A DNA stretch of 41,472 nt from an uncultured Mycoplasma sp. GTDB lineage: Bacteria > Bacillota_I > Bacilli_A > Mycoplasmatales > Metamycoplasmataceae. The DNA lies in assembly GCA_947039385.1 (NCBI GenBank), contig CAMQYR010000001.1:1-41472 (forward strand), written 5' to 3'. Positions 39,543-41,472 of this stretch are shown one piece after another; within the stretch, counting starts at the first letter, position 1; each line of letters starts with the position of its first letter. The position numbers and the translations under genes are program-made. Under the pieces are notes generated by a model. The model did no database searches and was not told the DNA's origin. It saw only the letters and a list, made by a program, of their open reading frames with translations.

Positions 39543-41472
39543 ATGATTAAAAAAAGAAAATCATTGCTAATCAAAAGCGGGTTTTTATTAGCATCTATAT
39601 TACCCATAATTTTGGTAACTTCTTGTGGATCAGTTTCTAGTAAAGTTTTAAAAGCAGAAGACATATTAAATGAAATAAATGAAGAAATAATTATTCCTAA
39701 TGAAGGATACGAACCAAAAACATTTCCATGTGAATTATATTTATCCGAAAAATCACCCTTTAAAAAAATAGAAGATGTTTTTCATTTAAATCCAAAAATA
39801 AAAGATTTAGGATTAAGTTTTGAATATTCAAGTATTAGGCCTGATGGAGATCAATCAATTGCTTTTAATTTTAAAATTGGTAATGAATATATAAAAAACA
39901 AAAAAACAAAAAAACAATTTAACTATTCAATAAAAGGTTATATTTCAGAAACAATTTACACTAGTGAGTTGGGAAGTAAATTAAGTTCCTTAGATTTAAA
40001 ACCAGATATACAAAAAAAATGAAATTTGAAAAATTTTGTAAAAACAAACTTTTCAAAACCTATGAATTCAAAAAATGGTTGAACCAATTTAATAAAACCA
40101 ATTTCAATACCAGGAATCAGAATTAATTTTGTAGATATAGAAACAAAAAGATATGATTATAATAATCAAGAATTAACGATTGGTTATTACTCTTCAGATG
40201 TTTATAATAATATCCATGATAATGAAATTAAATTATCAATAACTAATAACTTCAAAACACCTACAAAACCACTTTATGTATATGTAGTTAAAGGTAAAAT
40301 ACCAGTACTAAAAACAAATGAAGACATTAATGCAGAATTAATATTAATTAATAGGCAAACAGATGGCAACCTCAATATAGAAGTGAACAAAAACGGATCA
40401 CGTTTTACTAGTAGTGCTATATATGGCGAATTAGATTTATCTAGTTTTAATGTTGTAACATTTACTAATGTTGTAACATTTACTGGTGATAACATGATAG
40501 AAAAGATGGGTTTTTTTCAAGATAATTTTATTACATCAGTTAAATTTCCTAAAAAAATGACCTTGTATGAAGGAATGTTTTTAAACAATAAAATAGTTAA
40601 AATTGAATTTTTATGTAATAATATAATTAATAAATTTAATTCAAATTTTTTAGATAGTTTTGATAGCACAGTTAAGTTTAGTGGATTAGAATATTCGGGG
40701 ATCAAAAGCATTTATGATAACGAGAAAAAACTATTAGATTTATCTAAATTTACTGATTTTAGTAAATTTTATGATCAATTATCTTTATGAGAAAAAACTA
40801 ATATTATTGGAACATTGAATATACCAAGCAAATTAATTGCTTCATTAAATAAATCACAAATTGACAAAATAAATAATTTATCTATTGAAGTTGATAATGT
40901 TGTGTTTTGTGCTGATAAAAATGATAAATTAACGATTGGTAGTAAATTAAATCTAGTAAAATGAACAATAAATAAGGAAATAACTATATCTAAGGGAGTA
41001 GCAAGGTTTGCCTCTTTGTCAAATCAAGGTGATGCAAAATTCACGAGAGAAATACCAAATGAACTTGAAGAAATTTTGAAAAAAAATGAAAAAGAAGAAA
41101 CTTTTTCATTAGATTTAACTAATTCAACAATTTTTAAAAAAGATACTGAAAATTTTTATGAATATTTGAATTACTTTAATAAAAAGATTACGATTATAAA
41201 ATTACCAAACAATTTGGATGCTATTCCACCAAATGCTTTTAACAATATAGATTTAAGTAATTTAATCATTCCTAGTTCGGTTAAATCAATTGGTGACAAC
41301 GCCTTTTCAAACAGTAAACTTATTTCCTTAGATTTTGGACTTAATTCAATGTTAGAGACAATTGGAAACAATGCCTTTTCAAACAACCAAATTACCAATC
41401 TAACCATTCCTAGTTCAGTTAAATCAATTGGTGACAACGCCTTTTCAGACAACAAACTTATTTCCTTAGATT
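39543..41472 (+). CDS. Large lipoprotein with BspA-type leucine-rich repeats (3' truncated)
   Basis: Lipobox VTSC; one open frame with TGA=Trp to window end; L.IPSSVKSIGDNAFS and LETIGNNAFSNN repeats. Confidence 0.88.
41268..41472 (+). repeat. 138-bp near-identical tandem unit (two LRRs, 46 aa)
   Basis: ATTCCTAGTTC.GTTAAATCAATTGGTGACAACGCCTTTTCA at 41268 and again at 41406. Confidence 0.9.

Overview
Very AT-rich contig from a mollicute (Mycoplasma-like, probably hominis/mobile-group). It uses genetic code 4: in-frame TGA must be read as Trp, which joins the fragmented ORF track into about 37 genes. Bases 1-48 are an untrimmed Illumina TruSeq adapter. Housekeeping content: rsgA(partial)-pknB-prpC-gmk, recD2-pth-tilS-ftsH, deoB, rsuA, a PTS EIICBA, dnaA / rpmH-rnpA-yidC, an ABC exporter half, hrcA-grpE-CIRCE-dnaK, greA, hpt and degV. 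The most notable locus is a five-gene F1-like ATPase cluster (32707-38894). It resembles the Mycoplasma mobile Type 2 (gliding-motor) cluster but has no membrane-protein genes here, and its beta-like subunit carries two Rho_N/HeH-like modules in an N-terminal extension. Other oddities: a 963-aa fusion of an apparently inactive phosphohexomutase fold to an LPG-synthase-type membrane domain, dnaA without dnaN or obvious DnaA boxes, an ABC half-transporter with a degenerate NBD and no adjacent partner, an FKBP-like GrpE fusion, and a BspA-type LRR lipoprotein in whose repeats the window ends. All family assignments come from reading motifs by eye; no database searches were run.
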